NCBI GenBank assembly: GCA_036676355.1
Contig: JAKFDA010000078.1
Coordinates: 199 to 64,198, forward strand
Length of the DNA stretch: 64,000 nt
Source of the DNA: Nitrosomonadales bacterium
Lineage (GTDB): Bacteria; Pseudomonadota; Gammaproteobacteria; Burkholderiales; SG8-39
Direction of reading: 5' to 3'
Made by a program: the position numbers and the translations under genes. Numbering within the stretch: position 1 is the first letter of the stretch; every line of letters begins with the position of its first letter. Below the pieces are notes generated by a model. That model worked only from the letters and a program-made list of their open reading frames with translations. It did no database searches and was not told where the DNA came from. Of this stretch, positions 61,753 through 64,000 are shown one piece after another.

Positions 61753-62805
61753 ATGCCCTCTCCCCGGCAACAATCCGATCTCACGGTCGATGATTTCGAC
61801 TATGTGCTGCCGCCCGAACTGATCGCGCAGCATCCCCCCGCGCATCGCACCGACAGCCGCCTGCTTCATCTGCACGGGGCGGCGTTGAGCGATTTGTCGT
61901 TCGCCGATTTCCCGCAATTGCTTGAAGCGGGCGACGTGCTGGTGTTCAACAACACCAAAGTCATCAAGGCGCGCCTGCACGGTGTCAAGGCGTCGGGCGG
62001 TCAGGTCGAGGTGCTGGTCGAACGCGTTCTGGGCGAACATGAAGTGCTCGCCCAGATACGGGCAAGCAAGTCGCCCAAGCCCGGCGGGCTATTGCGCCTG
62101 GCCGACGCCTTCGACGCGCAGATGCTCGGGCGCACGGACGACCTCTTTCATTTGCGCTTCGATCCCGCGCGCACCGTGTTCGAATGGCTTGAGCGGCATG
62201 GTCATGTGCCGCTGCCGCCCTATATCGAGCACGCCGACAGCATGGAAGACGCGCGGCGCTATCAGACCGTGTATGCAACGCAGCCGGGCGCGGTTGCCGC
62301 ACCCACGGCCGGCCTGCACTTCGACGAGGCGATGCTCGAGCTTCTGCGCGCGCGCGGCGTCGAGCTCGCATTCGTCACGCTGCATGTCGGCGCCGGCACC
62401 TTTCAGCCGGTGCGCGTGCAGCGCATCGCCGAACACAAGATGCATCGCGAGTGGTACGAGATTCCACCGGCCACTGTCGCAGCAATCCAGCGCGCGCAAA
62501 GCGCGGGACGCAACGTCGTTGCGGTCGGCACCACCAGCCTGCGCGCGCTGGAAGCGTCCGCCGCGACGAACGGCGCAGTGCATGCGGGAACGGGCGATAC
62601 GGCACTGTTCATTACGCCGGGTTACGAGTTTCGCGCGGTCGATCGTCTCCTCACCAACTTCCACCTACCGCGCTCGACCCTGCTGATGCTGATCTCGGCG
62701 TTTGCCGGCATGGAGCCGGTTCGGCGCGCGTACCGCCATGCGGTCGAGCGGCGTTATCGCTTCTTCAGTTACGGCGATGCGATGATCATCGACCGGGCGA
62801 GTTAG
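61753..62805 (+). CDS. queA: S-adenosylmethionine:tRNA ribosyltransferase-isomerase
   Basis: [45 protein letters not shown]. Confidence 0.97.
   Translation: MPSPRQQSDLTVDDFDYVLPPELIAQHPPAHRTDSRLLHLHGAALSDLSFADFPQLLEAGDVLVFNNTKVIKARLHGVKASGGQVEVLVERVLGEHEVLAQIRASKSPKPGGLLRLADAFDAQMLGRTDDLFHLRFDPARTVFEWLERHGHVPLPPYIEHADSMEDARRYQTVYATQPGAVAAPTAGLHFDEAMLELLRARGVELAFVTLHVGAGTFQPVRVQRIAEHKMHREWYEIPPATVAAIQRAQSAGRNVVAVGTTSLRALEASAATNGAVHAGTGDTALFITPGYEFRAVDRLLTNFHLPRSTLLMLISAFAGMEPVRRAYRHAVERRYRFFSYGDAMIIDRAS

Positions 62806-64000
<1,195 letters not shown>

Overview
GC-rich betaproteobacterial chromosome segment. Core genes: pcnB-folK-DMT-dnk-panBCD at the left end, and tRNA-Leu(CAA), queA and a partial tgt at the right end. 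Between them: (i) a CysB-family sulfate regulon in two blocks (cysHDN-cobA, preceded by an apparent 41-codon cysI/DUF934 deletion scar; and peroxiredoxin-sbp-cysTWA) sharing a 42-bp upstream motif; (ii) a CpxP/Spy-RR-HK-GlcG/HbpS module; (iii) a DUF2946(RAPP)-TBDR-YcnI-CopCD copper-uptake operon; (iv) a Nitrosomonas-type nirK-cytochrome c-cytochrome c-two-domain multicopper oxidase cluster divergent from an intact NorR, with three GT-N7-AC boxes and a sigma54-like promoter, possibly an NO-induced NO-oxidising module; (v) an 8,366-bp transposase-free insertion (16-bp imperfect TIRs, 6-bp GCATTC duplication) that splits an ABC exporter operon and carries a ColRS-like two-component system plus an uncharacterised 'thermostable hemolysin'/adenylation enzyme/HO-like diiron enzyme/SDR/YejM-like sulfatase cluster; (vi) a CHASE2 phosphorelay; (vii) a giant cyclic beta-1,2-glucan synthase. 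A MITE family with IS5-like ends occurs as three ~275-bp copies with a conserved, structured core (all sense-oriented inside operons) plus two ends-only derivatives. All calls rest on motif and family recognition by eye; no searches were run.
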